A DNA stretch of 64,000 bases, taken from contig CAWAIQ010000001.1 of the NCBI GenBank assembly GCA_963782225.1, positions 29,455 to 93,454 on the forward strand, given 5' to 3'. Below the pieces are notes generated by a model, which had not been told where the DNA came from, made no database searches, and saw only the letters and a program-made list of their open reading frames with translations. Each line of letters begins with the position of its first letter. Position 1 is the first letter of the stretch. The stretch comes from an uncultured Chitinophagaceae bacterium. Lineage in GTDB: Bacteria; Bacteroidota; Bacteroidia; Chitinophagales; Chitinophagaceae. Position numbers and translations under genes: made by a program. Positions 20,970-30,249 of the stretch are shown one piece after another.

Positions 20970-21085
20970 GCCGATTAATTCAGCAGCCTAAGCTATCTGA
21001 CTTCCAGTGCGAGAAATCAAGGCTCCCGCCACTAGCTTGTTAAATTTTTGCAAACTGAAAAGTCTGACATTCCGTACTTAGTTGC

Positions 21086-22069
21086 ATGAGGCATGTGATA
21101 TTGAGTATTCTCGGATCTTTTTTAGCTTGTCTGACGCTATCTGCGCAGCAATCTCCGACTTATCAACTCGCAGACAGCGCGTTGCCTAAACTAAAAATTA
21201 AGGACGAGGCGCGCTTCTACATCAATATTCACGGGGGTTACGCCCTGGGACTCGGTTCAACGTTTAAGTTTTATCCCGACGATGTAAGATCAATCACTAT
21301 CACTCAAACAAACAACAATCAGCCGGTAAAAAACACAACCTACCAGGCACCGAAGAAAGGGCTTGGCCAGGGACTACGAGTGGGTGTGGGAGTGTCGTAC
21401 ATTATGAATGACTTTCTTAACGTGGGATTGGATATTGATTACTTTCAAAGTACTATTCGCAAAACACGCGATTCTTCCTTTAACATGACGGAATCTGTCA
21501 ATGGGCCCACGTCGCGCAGCTATACAGAAAAATATACTATCAGCTACGAGACCAGGCTGCTTACTTTCACGCCCAACATTGTATTCAAAGCTATTTCCAG
21601 GCCCAACTGGTATGTATATAATAAGCTCGGCATTGTAGCCACGTTCAGGCCTAACAGTCTGCAGCGCGAAAAAACTGATGGTCGTTACGAAACCACCACG
21701 CAAGGTGCCTCAACCGATTCAGCCGCATCCAGCGAAAAAGTGTACGACTGGGGAATCAGAAACCCCTCAATCGGTTTCATGGGAAGCATAGGCGCGCAGT
21801 TCAAACTTTACGGACGTGTAAGGGTGTTCGGCGAAATTCAGTTCTCGCATATTGTATTTGTGGTGCGGGATCGTACGGTGTCAAGTTTCAAAGTAAACAA
21901 CACTGAGATGGTCAACACCCTGGCGCGGATGGATCGTGAATTGCTATTCGAACGTAATCTGAGCTCCACCGACCTTACACCTAATCCTAATCAACCCACA
22001 AGAACGATTATTCAACGAATTCCGATCACTTACGTAGGAGCGCAGGTAGGGTTTGCTTACCGGTTTTAA
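21086..22069 (+). CDS. outer-membrane beta-barrel protein (porin-like), unknown function
   Basis: Signal peptide …LTLSAQQ; alternating-hydrophobic strands; C-terminal …GAQVGFAYRF aromatic terminus. Confidence 0.65.
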   Translation: MRHVILSILGSFLACLTLSAQQSPTYQLADSALPKLKIKDEARFYINIHGGYALGLGSTFKFYPDDVRSITITQTNNNQPVKNTTYQAPKKGLGQGLRVGVGVSYIMNDFLNVGLDIDYFQSTIRKTRDSSFNMTESVNGPTSRSYTEKYTISYETRLLTFTPNIVFKAISRPNWYVYNKLGIVATFRPNSLQREKTDGRYETTTQGASTDSAASSEKVYDWGIRNPSIGFMGSIGAQFKLYGRVRVFGEIQFSHIVFVVRDRTVSSFKVNNTEMVNTLARMDRELLFERNLSSTDLTPNPNQPTRTIIQRIPITYVGAQVGFAYRF

Positions 22070-22082
22070 GAAATAAAATATT

Positions 22083-23057
22083 ATGCACAACCAATCCGCG
22101 TCGGGCTCAACATCGGGCTTTAAGAAAGTGGCTTTAATAGCCGGCATCGCAGGAGCGGTGATATTGGCCATTGTAATCATCACTACAGGCAGCCTGAGTC
22201 AAAAAAAGAAAACTGGGCAAACTGTTGACAATGGTGAGTCGACATTGCAGGTTGTTCATAACATTCATCGCGAATTCGCGGCACTGCAGGAACAGGATGA
22301 AAACTATGCAGTAATGCTGGGCTCTACCGGAATAAATATGGACAGCGCTGACAAAGTAATCCTGGGTGCCGAAAAAAACTTTACTACTTATATCGATAAC
22401 ATAGAACAAAACTTATCATCTTATCCCCCGGCTGACCGATTATTAGTAGACAGCCTGATCTCGAATTTCCGTCTCGCGATCATCAACAGGCAGTATCTCT
22501 CTGGTATAAGGAGCAAACTGAATGATAAAGATATTTTCATCTCGCCCCGCCAGGGTGCTGTTGAAAAACTAAAGCTAATGTTGTTTGAAAAGGATAGACA
22601 ACTACAACAGTTGTCGGGCCGCGATGTTAACACGGCAAAAACTGTCAAAACGAATCGTCGTGATTCACTTGCCAGGATGCTGGATGAAGAGGAGAGCAGG
22701 TCGACCGGGCTTTTGGATATTGTAAATGATTTAAAAGCAGAGGTTGCTTCACTTCGGGCGCGCAATAACTTATTGCAATCAGACCAACGGAAGAGTGTTG
22801 ATATTGCCAGGTACCATGATTTACAACGCGAGATCGAAGAAATTTCAGCAGAGCTTTACCTCGCCAAAGTAGACTGCAACCTCACTCGTGTTGATGCAGA
22901 TAAGATCGTATCTACCTCCCGGCAAAGAAAGCAACTGCTTAGTGATGCGTTACAGGTATTGGACAATATGTCGCAATCTGATAATGAAACCATAAAGGCC
23001 AAAGCGCTGGAAAAGCGGCAGTATCTACAGGAAGTATCGGCCAAGATACGCGAATGA
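22083..23057 (+). CDS. N-terminally membrane-anchored coiled-coil protein
   Basis: One TM helix (VALIAGIAGAVILAIVIITTG) followed by about 280 aa heptad-rich sequence; 13 nt after the OM barrel gene. Confidence 0.55.
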   Translation: MHNQSASGSTSGFKKVALIAGIAGAVILAIVIITTGSLSQKKKTGQTVDNGESTLQVVHNIHREFAALQEQDENYAVMLGSTGINMDSADKVILGAEKNFTTYIDNIEQNLSSYPPADRLLVDSLISNFRLAIINRQYLSGIRSKLNDKDIFISPRQGAVEKLKLMLFEKDRQLQQLSGRDVNTAKTVKTNRRDSLARMLDEEESRSTGLLDIVNDLKAEVASLRARNNLLQSDQRKSVDIARYHDLQREIEEISAELYLAKVDCNLTRVDADKIVSTSRQRKQLLSDALQVLDNMSQSDNETIKAKALEKRQYLQEVSAKIRE

Positions 23058-23136
23058 TTAAGACAGATCTTAGCGTAGCCCAAATAAAAAACATAACGTA
23101 ATTTCTCGCTTGTAAGCTGACAGATAACATCAAGCG

Positions 23137-24465
23137 ATGGCCGAGAACATTACCAATAGAACAGTCTTCTCTCTGCTGGAAGTCACCAAAAGTGTGAAAA
23201 ACACGCTGGAGCAACGATACAGCTCATCATATTGGGTGAAAGCGGAGATGAACAAGCTCAACTTATACCCGCAATCGGGACACTGCTACCCGGAACTGGT
23301 GGAAAAGCAAGATGGAAAAGTCATCGCCCAGATGAAAGCAATTATCTGGAAGGATCACTACACACGCATCAACAATATGTTTGTGAAAACCATCCGGGAG
23401 CCGTTGAAAGATGGAATAAAAATATTGTTGCTGGCAAGAATCAATTTCGATCCGATACATGGGCTTACGCTTACGGTGCTCGACATTGATCCGTCTTTTA
23501 CGCTGGGTGATATTGAAAGAGAACGACGCGAAACTATAATTGCCCTTCAACAGGAAGGAGTCTACAGCAACAACAGGGCACTGAAATTTCCACTGCTTCC
23601 GCAGCGTATTGCAGTGATTTCAGATGAAACCAGTAAAGGCTATGCTGATTTCAAAAACGTAATCGATACTAACCCGTGGAACTACAAAATATTTTACATG
23701 CTCTTCCCTTCACTACTACAGGGAGAAAGATCGGTGCCGTCGATCATTGAGCAGCTAAAGAGAATTAAACAGGTGAGGCAACATTTTGATGCCGTAGCGA
23801 TCATCAGGGGCGGGGGAGGAGATATTGGGTTATCCTCATACAATCAGTACGCCCTGTGCAGGGAGATCGCACTGTTTCCAATTCCCATAGTCACCGGCAT
23901 CGGGCATTCAACCAACGACACAGTAGCAGAATTGGTGGCCTATTCAAACCAGATTACACCTACAAAGCTTGCAGACTTTATCTTACAGTGTTTTCATAAC
24001 TATGCCGTACCCGTTCAGAAAGCACAAGAAAGGATCACGGAGCAATCGAGGAGAATCATCAGGGATGCAAACAAAGATCTTACTACTAACCAGCGAATAC
24101 TTATTCAGCAAGCCAATAATATTGTGAAAACTGCGAAGACGAATTTATCTGTCACTCGTCAGCTAATGAAAAAAGATGTGAATGCGCAGCTGCGTACCTT
24201 CGCGCAGGTACTGGGCCAGCAGCAGGCCGCCATAGTGAGCGGCACAAAACAATACTTAAAAAGTAAGCAGACAGGTGTGGAAAGCCTCGAAAGAAATTTA
24301 ACCAACATGAGCCCGGAGAAGGTGCTTAGACGCGGATACAGTATTACTTTGCAAAATGGCAAAGCAATAACAAGCGCCGATGATATCCAGGTTAATGACA
24401 GCATCGAGACGGTATTGTTCAAAGGCACTTTAAAAAGTTCGGTAAAAACAAAGAGCAATGAATGA
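23137..24465 (+). CDS. xseA: exodeoxyribonuclease VII large subunit
   Basis: 442 aa; OB-fold start (…VKAEMNKLNLYPQSGHCYPELVEK), catalytic core …IAVISDETSKGYADF…AIIRGGGGDIGLS…PIVTGIGHSTNDTVAE. Confidence 0.9.
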   Translation: MAENITNRTVFSLLEVTKSVKNTLEQRYSSSYWVKAEMNKLNLYPQSGHCYPELVEKQDGKVIAQMKAIIWKDHYTRINNMFVKTIREPLKDGIKILLLARINFDPIHGLTLTVLDIDPSFTLGDIERERRETIIALQQEGVYSNNRALKFPLLPQRIAVISDETSKGYADFKNVIDTNPWNYKIFYMLFPSLLQGERSVPSIIEQLKRIKQVRQHFDAVAIIRGGGGDIGLSSYNQYALCREIALFPIPIVTGIGHSTNDTVAELVAYSNQITPTKLADFILQCFHNYAVPVQKAQERITEQSRRIIRDANKDLTTNQRILIQQANNIVKTAKTNLSVTRQLMKKDVNAQLRTFAQVLGQQQAAIVSGTKQYLKSKQTGVESLERNLTNMSPEKVLRRGYSITLQNGKAITSADDIQVNDSIETVLFKGTLKSSVKTKSNE

Positions 24466-24673
24466 TACAAATTATACTGAAGCGTTCGAAGAGTTAAACC
24501 AGATTGTGTCGGAAATAGAGCAGGGTGAGATTTCGGTAGATGAGCTTTCGCAAAAAGTAAAGCGAGCCGCAGAGCTGATCAGGATCTGCAAAACGAAACT
24601 GACGTCGACAGAAGAAGATGTGTCGAAAATTTTAAAGGAACTTGACGCGACGACGCCCGGGAATGACTTATGA
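24458..24673 (+). CDS. xseB: exodeoxyribonuclease VII small subunit
   Basis: 71 aa; YTEAFEELNQIVSEIEQGEISVDELSQKVKRAAELIRICKTKL; 8-nt overlap with xseA. Confidence 0.85.
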   Translation: MNDTNYTEAFEELNQIVSEIEQGEISVDELSQKVKRAAELIRICKTKLTSTEEDVSKILKELDATTPGNDL

Positions 24674-24817
24674 ATTTCGCCGAGGTATCGGCCAGAGGTC
24701 CGCTCTACGGGATCTTCACCAGGATACTTAAGACGAGGCGCTTCTAAACCCGGCGAAAAGCGGGCTTTTCTTCTGGCTCGGGAATTGAATAGTGGTTCAT
24801 ATACCTAAAGCACACTT

Positions 24818-25027
24818 ATGATAAATAACCCTTTCGCAACTTTGGATATTGAACCAACAATAAACGAAGAGATTATTACACAGGCTTACCAGGTTTTGAA
24901 ACAGAAAGGAGGAACTGCCGAGCATCTGAAGCACCTGGATGCTGCGTTCGAGGAATGCCTGCTTTATGCGCGGTCAGAAGGCGGAATAGAAGCGTTTACT
25001 CATAACGATCTTAATCAGGATTCCTAA
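24818..25027 (+). CDS. hypothetical protein (69 aa), J-domain-like first helix without HPD
   Basis: NPFATLDIEPTINEEIITQAYQVLKQK resembles the start of a DnaJ J-domain but no HPD tripeptide follows. Confidence 0.4.
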   Translation: MINNPFATLDIEPTINEEIITQAYQVLKQKGGTAEHLKHLDAAFEECLLYARSEGGIEAFTHNDLNQDS

Positions 25028-25051
25028 GCCACTCGCAACTGTTACTAAACA

Positions 25052-25969
25052 ATGAAGTTGTCCGATCTGCACATCGCGTGGGATATTGACTATGTATTAC
25101 CGTTACCTCCAGGTCATCGTTTTCCGATGGAAAAATATGAACTCGTTCCGGGCCAGTTGCTCTACGAAGGCGCCATCACTTCAGCTAATTTACGATCACC
25201 TCATGATTGTGACAGGGACGATCTGCTCCGGGCTCATGACCAGGAATATCTCGATAAACTTGATAACAACTTATTGTCACCACGGGAGCAGCGCGTTATA
25301 GGTTTTCCGCAGACGCCACAGATGATTCGTCGCGAGCGGATGATTGCACAGGGCACAATCGATTGCTGCAAAGCGGCCCTATCGCATGGAGTAGCACTTA
25401 ATGTTGCGGGCGGAACGCATCATGCATTCAGGGATCACGGCGAAGGATTCTGCATTCTTAACGATTTTGCTGTGGCTTCGCTCCATATGCTGGCTCAGAA
25501 ACTGGCGAGCAGAATTCTGATCATTGACCTGGATGTTCACCAGGGCAATGGAACCGCAAGCATCATGAGCGGCAACGAGTCGGTTTTTACTTTCAGTATG
25601 CACGGACAACATAACTACCCTTTCAAAAAAACGATCAGCGACCTGGACATTGGGTTGACCGACGGAACGGGCGATGAGATTTACCTGCAAATTTTAGAAA
25701 CAGAATTAACCGGTGTGTTAGATAGATACAAGCCAGACTTTGCGTGTTTTGTAGCAGGCGTTGATGTGTTAAAGACAGATCGCTTCGGCAAGCTCGGATT
25801 AACAATGGAAGGGTGTGCGCGGAGAGACCGTATGGTAATGGAAGCTCTTTTTTCACGCGATGTACCTTGTGCGATTTCGATGGGCGGGGGTTACTCACCG
25901 GATATTCGCACTATCGTTACTGCGCATGTAAATACGTTTAAAACGGCGATTGATATTTATGTACATTAA
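25052..25969 (+). CDS. histone deacetylase-family (HDAC/AcuC/acetylpolyamine amidohydrolase-like) zinc deacetylase
   Basis: 305 aa; charge-relay GGTHHA, zinc ligands DLDVHQGNG and …AGVD…, catalytic Tyr in MGGGYS all present. Confidence 0.9.
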   Translation: MKLSDLHIAWDIDYVLPLPPGHRFPMEKYELVPGQLLYEGAITSANLRSPHDCDRDDLLRAHDQEYLDKLDNNLLSPREQRVIGFPQTPQMIRRERMIAQGTIDCCKAALSHGVALNVAGGTHHAFRDHGEGFCILNDFAVASLHMLAQKLASRILIIDLDVHQGNGTASIMSGNESVFTFSMHGQHNYPFKKTISDLDIGLTDGTGDEIYLQILETELTGVLDRYKPDFACFVAGVDVLKTDRFGKLGLTMEGCARRDRMVMEALFSRDVPCAISMGGGYSPDIRTIVTAHVNTFKTAIDIYVH

Positions 25970-26050
25970 ATGAAAAGCCCGGGTAGAAATCAGGCCGCGT
26001 GCAGCTTTTCTTAACTCCGGAATTGCGTACATTACATTAAACCCCCAAAC

Positions 26051-26365
26051 ATGAGTAAAGCAAGAAAAAAGAAACCCGCCCCGAAAAGTTTTTTTGATAA
26101 AATAGGTGATACTTTAAGCCACGTTAAGGACGCGGTTGTTGAAAAGAAAGATGATTTAGTAGACGCTGTGGAAGACAAAGTAGCAGCGTTTAAAGAAGCG
26201 CTCCAGGAAAGAAAAGATCGAAAGAAAAAGGCTGCGGCAAAAAAGAAAGCACCTGTTAAAAAAAAGGGAAGCGTCCTGGTAAAGAAGAACGCGGCCGCTA
26301 AAAAGACGAAGACTACCGCTAAGACACCCGCAAAAAAGAAGGCCATTAAGAAAAAGGCCAGGTAA
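26051..26365 (+). CDS. Lys/Ala-rich histone H1-like nucleoid protein
   Basis: 104 aa; short helical N-terminal part then KKKAAAKKKAPVKKKG…AAKKTKTTAKTPAKKKAIKKKAR low-complexity basic tail. Confidence 0.75.
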   Translation: MSKARKKKPAPKSFFDKIGDTLSHVKDAVVEKKDDLVDAVEDKVAAFKEALQERKDRKKKAAAKKKAPVKKKGSVLVKKNAAAKKTKTTAKTPAKKKAIKKKAR

Positions 26366-26418
26366 AGTGGGGGTTATAACGCTCGCGGGGATTTACCCAA
26401 AGCAATTATTCTGCTCAA

Positions 26419-26574
26419 TCACGCCTCCAGGTCCGGGCTGGTCAAATGCTCTTTTGCCATCGCAAGGTCGTCGGCAAGCTGTGCCAGCCTTTCCCGAAGG
26501 AGTGACCCTTTTTCGGGAGCAATAAGAATACCGGTTACAACACCAAGAGCAAAGAAGCACAAAACTATTTTCAT
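26419..26574 (-). CDS. YtxH-like small membrane-anchored protein (51 aa)
   Basis: My reading MKIVLCFFALGVVTGILIAPEKGSLLRERLAQLADDLAMAKEHLTSPDLEA; G..GILIAPEKG…R..L is the YtxH signature; replaces the 87-aa track ORF in another frame. Confidence 0.5.
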   Translation of the reverse strand: MKIVLCFFALGVVTGILIAPEKGSLLRERLAQLADDLAMAKEHLTSPDLEA

Positions 26575-26783
26575 GGCTTAAAGTATTAGACAAGATCTTA
26601 TTAAAATGTCGTGCCCGACGTGACTGCGACTTTTTTACTTGGCAAGGTCCACCCAATCCGTTTTAATGGCCTAAGTTCTAATTTTCGCAAGGGGTTTCGA
26701 TGTCACGCACAACATGCCAACTAAAACATTTAATTTGGATGGCACTATTGTGACAACAATTCGCTAAAAACGAAACTCCTTGT

Positions 26784-28748
26784 ATGAAAAGGTCCTTCTT
26801 TATTTCTGTATTCATTGTAATATTTTCTCTTACTGTTTCGGCCGACGTTAAGCTTCCATCTTTGTTCAGCGACAATATGGTATTGCAGCGCGATCAGGCA
26901 ATACCCGTATGGGGCTGGGCAGCACCGGGCGAAAAAATAACCGTACAGATAAACGAAGAAAGTAAAAAAGTAACTGCGGGTAAAGACGGTAAGTGGATGA
27001 TAAAGTTGCCTGCAATGAAGGCAGGAGGTCCGTTCCAGCTCATAGTGACCGCCAAAAACACCATCACGATAAAAAACGTACTGATAGGTGAAGTTTGGTT
27101 GTGTTCCGGTCAATCAAATATGGAAATGCCAATTGAAGGCTGGGGCAAGATTAATAACTACGAACAGGAAATTAAGGATGCGAAATATCCGTTGATCAGG
27201 CAGTTCAACGTTTCGAAATCTATCAACGCAAATCCCCAGGACGAAGTAAAAGGTGACTGGATGATCTGTGAGCCGGCAAACGCAGGGAATTTTATTGCTA
27301 CCGGATATTTTTTCGCGAGAGAATTAGCTCAGAAGCTGAATGTGCCTGTTGGTATCATCAATTGTTCGTGGGGCGGATCGATGATTGAGACCTGGATCAG
27401 CCGGGATGCATTTGAGAAAAGCAACGACTTCAAAGAAATGATTAACGGCATTCCGGCAAACGAGATGTCAAAGCGCGATCAACAAATGAAAGAAGCAATT
27501 TCGAGTGCTGTGAAACAGGTACAGGCCGACATCCCGGAAAAGAACCAGGAAGGAAGTTGGTCTCAAAAGGAATTCGAGGATAGCAAATGGCCTTCGATGA
27601 AACTGCCTGGATTTTGGGAGACAGCAAATCCTAAACTAGCCGAGCTGAATGGAGTTGTATGGTTTAGAAAATCGTTTGAACTGTCCTCCAAATTAGAAAA
27701 TGACTTAACGATTTCGGTAGGCCAGCCCGATGATGTGGTGGAAGTTTTTCTGAACGGTGTTAAACTCAATTCTACTACAAACCTGGAGGGGCAGGTTCAC
27801 ACTTTTTCAGTTAGTGGTAACTCCGTGCAAGCAGGTAAAAATGAAATTGCGATGAGGATGAGAGATTATGGTGGATCAGGAGGTGTTATCGGGGAGGATA
27901 AGGATATGTTCATCAAGGTAGGTGATACTACCTTGCCGCTGAATGGCGAATGGAAGTACCAGGTTGAGAGTATCGGGTTCGGTGCCAATCCGAATAGTTA
28001 TCCGACACTATTGTATAACTCAATGGTAAATCCACTCGTTCCTTTTGCGATAAAGGGTGCATTGTGGTACCAGGGTGAAACAAATGCCGGCCGCGCATAT
28101 GAATACAGAACAACATTTCCGCTTCTTATAAATAACTGGCGTGAGAAATGGGGACAGGGCAATTTTCCATTCTATTTTGTTCAGCTTGCGAGTTTCAACG
28201 CAAACGGTGGTAACAGCGAAAAGGGTAGTACATGGGCCGAGTTGCGTGAAGCGCAGGCTATGACCCTAAATGTTGCGAACACAGGAATGGCTGTAACTAC
28301 CGATATTGGCGACTCTACCGATATCCATCCAAAGAATAAGCAAGATGTTGGTAAGCGGTTAGCGTTCGTTGCGCTCGCGAAGACGTATAAGGTATCTATT
28401 CCTTCGACAGGTCCGGTATATTCGGACATTAAAATCGATGATGATAAAGTGATTGTTTCGTTTGTAAACAGCGGAAATTTGATAGCGAAAGACAAATATG
28501 GTTATCTCAAAGGATTTGAAGTTGCCGGGGCCGACCAGAAGTTTCATTGGGCGATGGCGCGTATTGAAGGAGATAAAGTGATCGTTTCCAGCAAAGATGT
28601 TTCTAATCCCGTTGCAGTTCGTTATGCATGGTCCGACGTTACCGACGATGCTAATCTGTTCAGTGATGCGGGACTTCCCGCGCCGCCCTTTCGCTCAGAT
28701 AAATGGAAAGGTGTGACGGAAGGGGAGAAGTATTCGGTTGGGCGATAG
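26784..28748 (+). CDS. sialate O-acetylesterase (SASA/DUF303 family) with inserted beta-sandwich domain
   Basis: 654 aa; signal peptide, …LFSDNMVLQRDQAIPVWGWA…, SGNH-type block VLIGEVWLCSGQSNME, …GALWYQGETNA…, …TDIGDSTDIHPKNKQDVGKRLA. Confidence 0.85.
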   Translation: MKRSFFISVFIVIFSLTVSADVKLPSLFSDNMVLQRDQAIPVWGWAAPGEKITVQINEESKKVTAGKDGKWMIKLPAMKAGGPFQLIVTAKNTITIKNVLIGEVWLCSGQSNMEMPIEGWGKINNYEQEIKDAKYPLIRQFNVSKSINANPQDEVKGDWMICEPANAGNFIATGYFFARELAQKLNVPVGIINCSWGGSMIETWISRDAFEKSNDFKEMINGIPANEMSKRDQQMKEAISSAVKQVQADIPEKNQEGSWSQKEFEDSKWPSMKLPGFWETANPKLAELNGVVWFRKSFELSSKLENDLTISVGQPDDVVEVFLNGVKLNSTTNLEGQVHTFSVSGNSVQAGKNEIAMRMRDYGGSGGVIGEDKDMFIKVGDTTLPLNGEWKYQVESIGFGANPNSYPTLLYNSMVNPLVPFAIKGALWYQGETNAGRAYEYRTTFPLLINNWREKWGQGNFPFYFVQLASFNANGGNSEKGSTWAELREAQAMTLNVANTGMAVTTDIGDSTDIHPKNKQDVGKRLAFVALAKTYKVSIPSTGPVYSDIKIDDDKVIVSFVNSGNLIAKDKYGYLKGFEVAGADQKFHWAMARIEGDKVIVSSKDVSNPVAVRYAWSDVTDDANLFSDAGLPAPPFRSDKWKGVTEGEKYSVGR

Positions 28749-28761
28749 AAGCAGTGAGATT

Positions 28762-29130
28762 TTACTTTGGTTCGCGCATTATTTTTTCAAGCGTCTTGCC
28801 TTTCGCTAGTTCATCAACAATTTTGTCGAGATACCTTACTTTCCTGGTCAGCGGATTTTCAATTTCTTCAATTCTATATCCGCATATCAAACCGGTGATC
28901 AAATGTGCATTTTTATTCAGTGTCGCATTATCAAAGAATGTTTCGAAAGTTGCTTTTTCCTCAATTAATTGATGAATCCTTTTATCCTGATAACCGGTAA
29001 GCCATGTAATAACTTTGTTGAGCTCCTCTTTAGTTCTGCCTTTCTTTTCCACTTTCGTGACATACAGGGGATAGACTGTACTGAAAGTCATGTTCCGCAT
29101 CCGGTCATCGTGTGTGCTGGTGGTTTTCAT
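28762..29130 (-). CDS. DUF2200 domain-containing protein
   Basis: …MTFSTVYPLYVTKVEKKGRTKEELNKVITWLTGY…ICGYRIEEIENPLTRKVRYLDKIVDELAKGKTLEKIMR, full-length DUF2200 pattern. Confidence 0.75.
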   Translation of the reverse strand: MKTTSTHDDRMRNMTFSTVYPLYVTKVEKKGRTKEELNKVITWLTGYQDKRIHQLIEEKATFETFFDNATLNKNAHLITGLICGYRIEEIENPLTRKVRYLDKIVDELAKGKTLEKIMREPK

Positions 29131-29188
29131 TCGTTACAATAGTTTTGATAGTTACAATTTCCGAAAATTTAAACAATGGCTGCGTTAG

Positions 29189-29424
29189 TTACTGCTTCGT
29201 GCATTCGTATCCATATCGAACAGCTCTTTTGAGTACATCCACATTTATATCCTGCAAGGATTTGAACTTTATACAATAGCCGGTCACCCTGGCTTTTCCG
29301 ATAGTCTTGTCAAAGGTCTCAGGTAGGTATTGTCTGATAAAATGAGATGCAACGCCTGGAGGTCACGCCGCTTCGGTTCAGGGTGGTTGCCAATATAATT
29401 TTGAATTTCGCTTTGAACGTTCAT
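29189..29424 (-). pseudogene. DUF1801 (YdhG-like) gene remnant with internal deletion/stops
   Basis: My reading: MNVQSEIQNYIGNHPEPKRRDLQALHLILSDN… (typical DUF1801 start) runs into stops after about 45 codons; typical C-terminus …IKFKSLQDINVDVLKRAVRYGYECTKQ* is recoverable in another frame only about 20 codons later. Confidence 0.45.
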
Positions 29425-29562
29425 GCAATACGAAGATAGCTTTGGCAAAAACTCTTTAAGCGTTAAGGCTCTTAAAATTATTATCTTTCAATATACATTT
29501 TTATCAACTCTATAAAGACCATCGAACAATCATCTCGCAAAATATTATCCAGGGCAGGCAAC

Positions 29563-30099
29563 GTGGTATTGATTGGTGTGCTGCTTCTCTTTTTGCTGAA
29601 TCCTGAAGCAAAGGTTTGGGTCCTGCGACAATTGATGTGGACAGGTTTATACAATGCGGACATCGGTAAAATTGATACGGTTTCGAAATCATCTATGGCC
29701 TTTTCTTTCAGGGACGAAACAGGAAAGGTTTCATCTACTGGCGACTTAAAAGGGAAAATTGTATTCATTAATTTTTGGGCAACCTGGTGTCCGCCTTGTC
29801 GGGCGGAAATGCCCTCACTCGACGATCTCTATCAACAATTCCGCGGAGACGAGAGAATTGTTTTTCTTTTTATAAATGAAGAGAGTGAAGTGTCCAAAGT
29901 AAAGGCGTACCTCGCAAAGAATAAGTATTCAATACCATATATGTCCAGGGTTGGTAGTGTTCCCGACGAAATCTTCAGCGGAACGCTGCCCACTACCGTT
30001 CTGCTGGATCGCCAAGGCCGAATCGTTTATAAACACGAGGGTCTGGCAAAATATAACACTACCGAATTCGTCAATCTGTTAAACAGTTTGCGGGAATAG
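29563..30099 (+). CDS. TlpA-family thiol:disulfide oxidoreductase, membrane-anchored
   Basis: 178 aa from GTG; TM helix then FINFWATWCPPCRAEMPSL … TLPTTVLLDRQGRIVYKHEG. Confidence 0.8.
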   Translation: MVLIGVLLLFLLNPEAKVWVLRQLMWTGLYNADIGKIDTVSKSSMAFSFRDETGKVSSTGDLKGKIVFINFWATWCPPCRAEMPSLDDLYQQFRGDERIVFLFINEESEVSKVKAYLAKNKYSIPYMSRVGSVPDEIFSGTLPTTVLLDRQGRIVYKHEGLAKYNTTEFVNLLNSLRE

Positions 30100-30249
30100 C
30101 TCTTTTTTTATTCAAAAGATGTTCAGCATTATCACATCTCATAAAATAGTACAAAATACCCATTAAAGGGGGTGGAAATAAACTTTTATCTCTTATATTC
30201 AGGCTCGACCGGCTCCTGTGCAAGAAGTTTCTCAACCAGTTAAGCAGCT

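Noticed and set aside
26032-26346. 104-aa minus-strand ORF mirroring the H1-like gene (poly-F/A/L, looks like a multi-TM peptide)
   Set aside because: It is simply the reverse complement of the AAG/AAA/GCx-rich lysine/alanine tail. The plus-strand reading has a proper start and a non-repetitive N-terminal domain.
26393-26656. 87-aa track ORF on the minus strand
   Set aside because: Odd composition (Cys/Arg/Pro-rich). A different frame in the same place gives a clean 51-aa YtxH-type protein (26419..26574), which I annotated instead.
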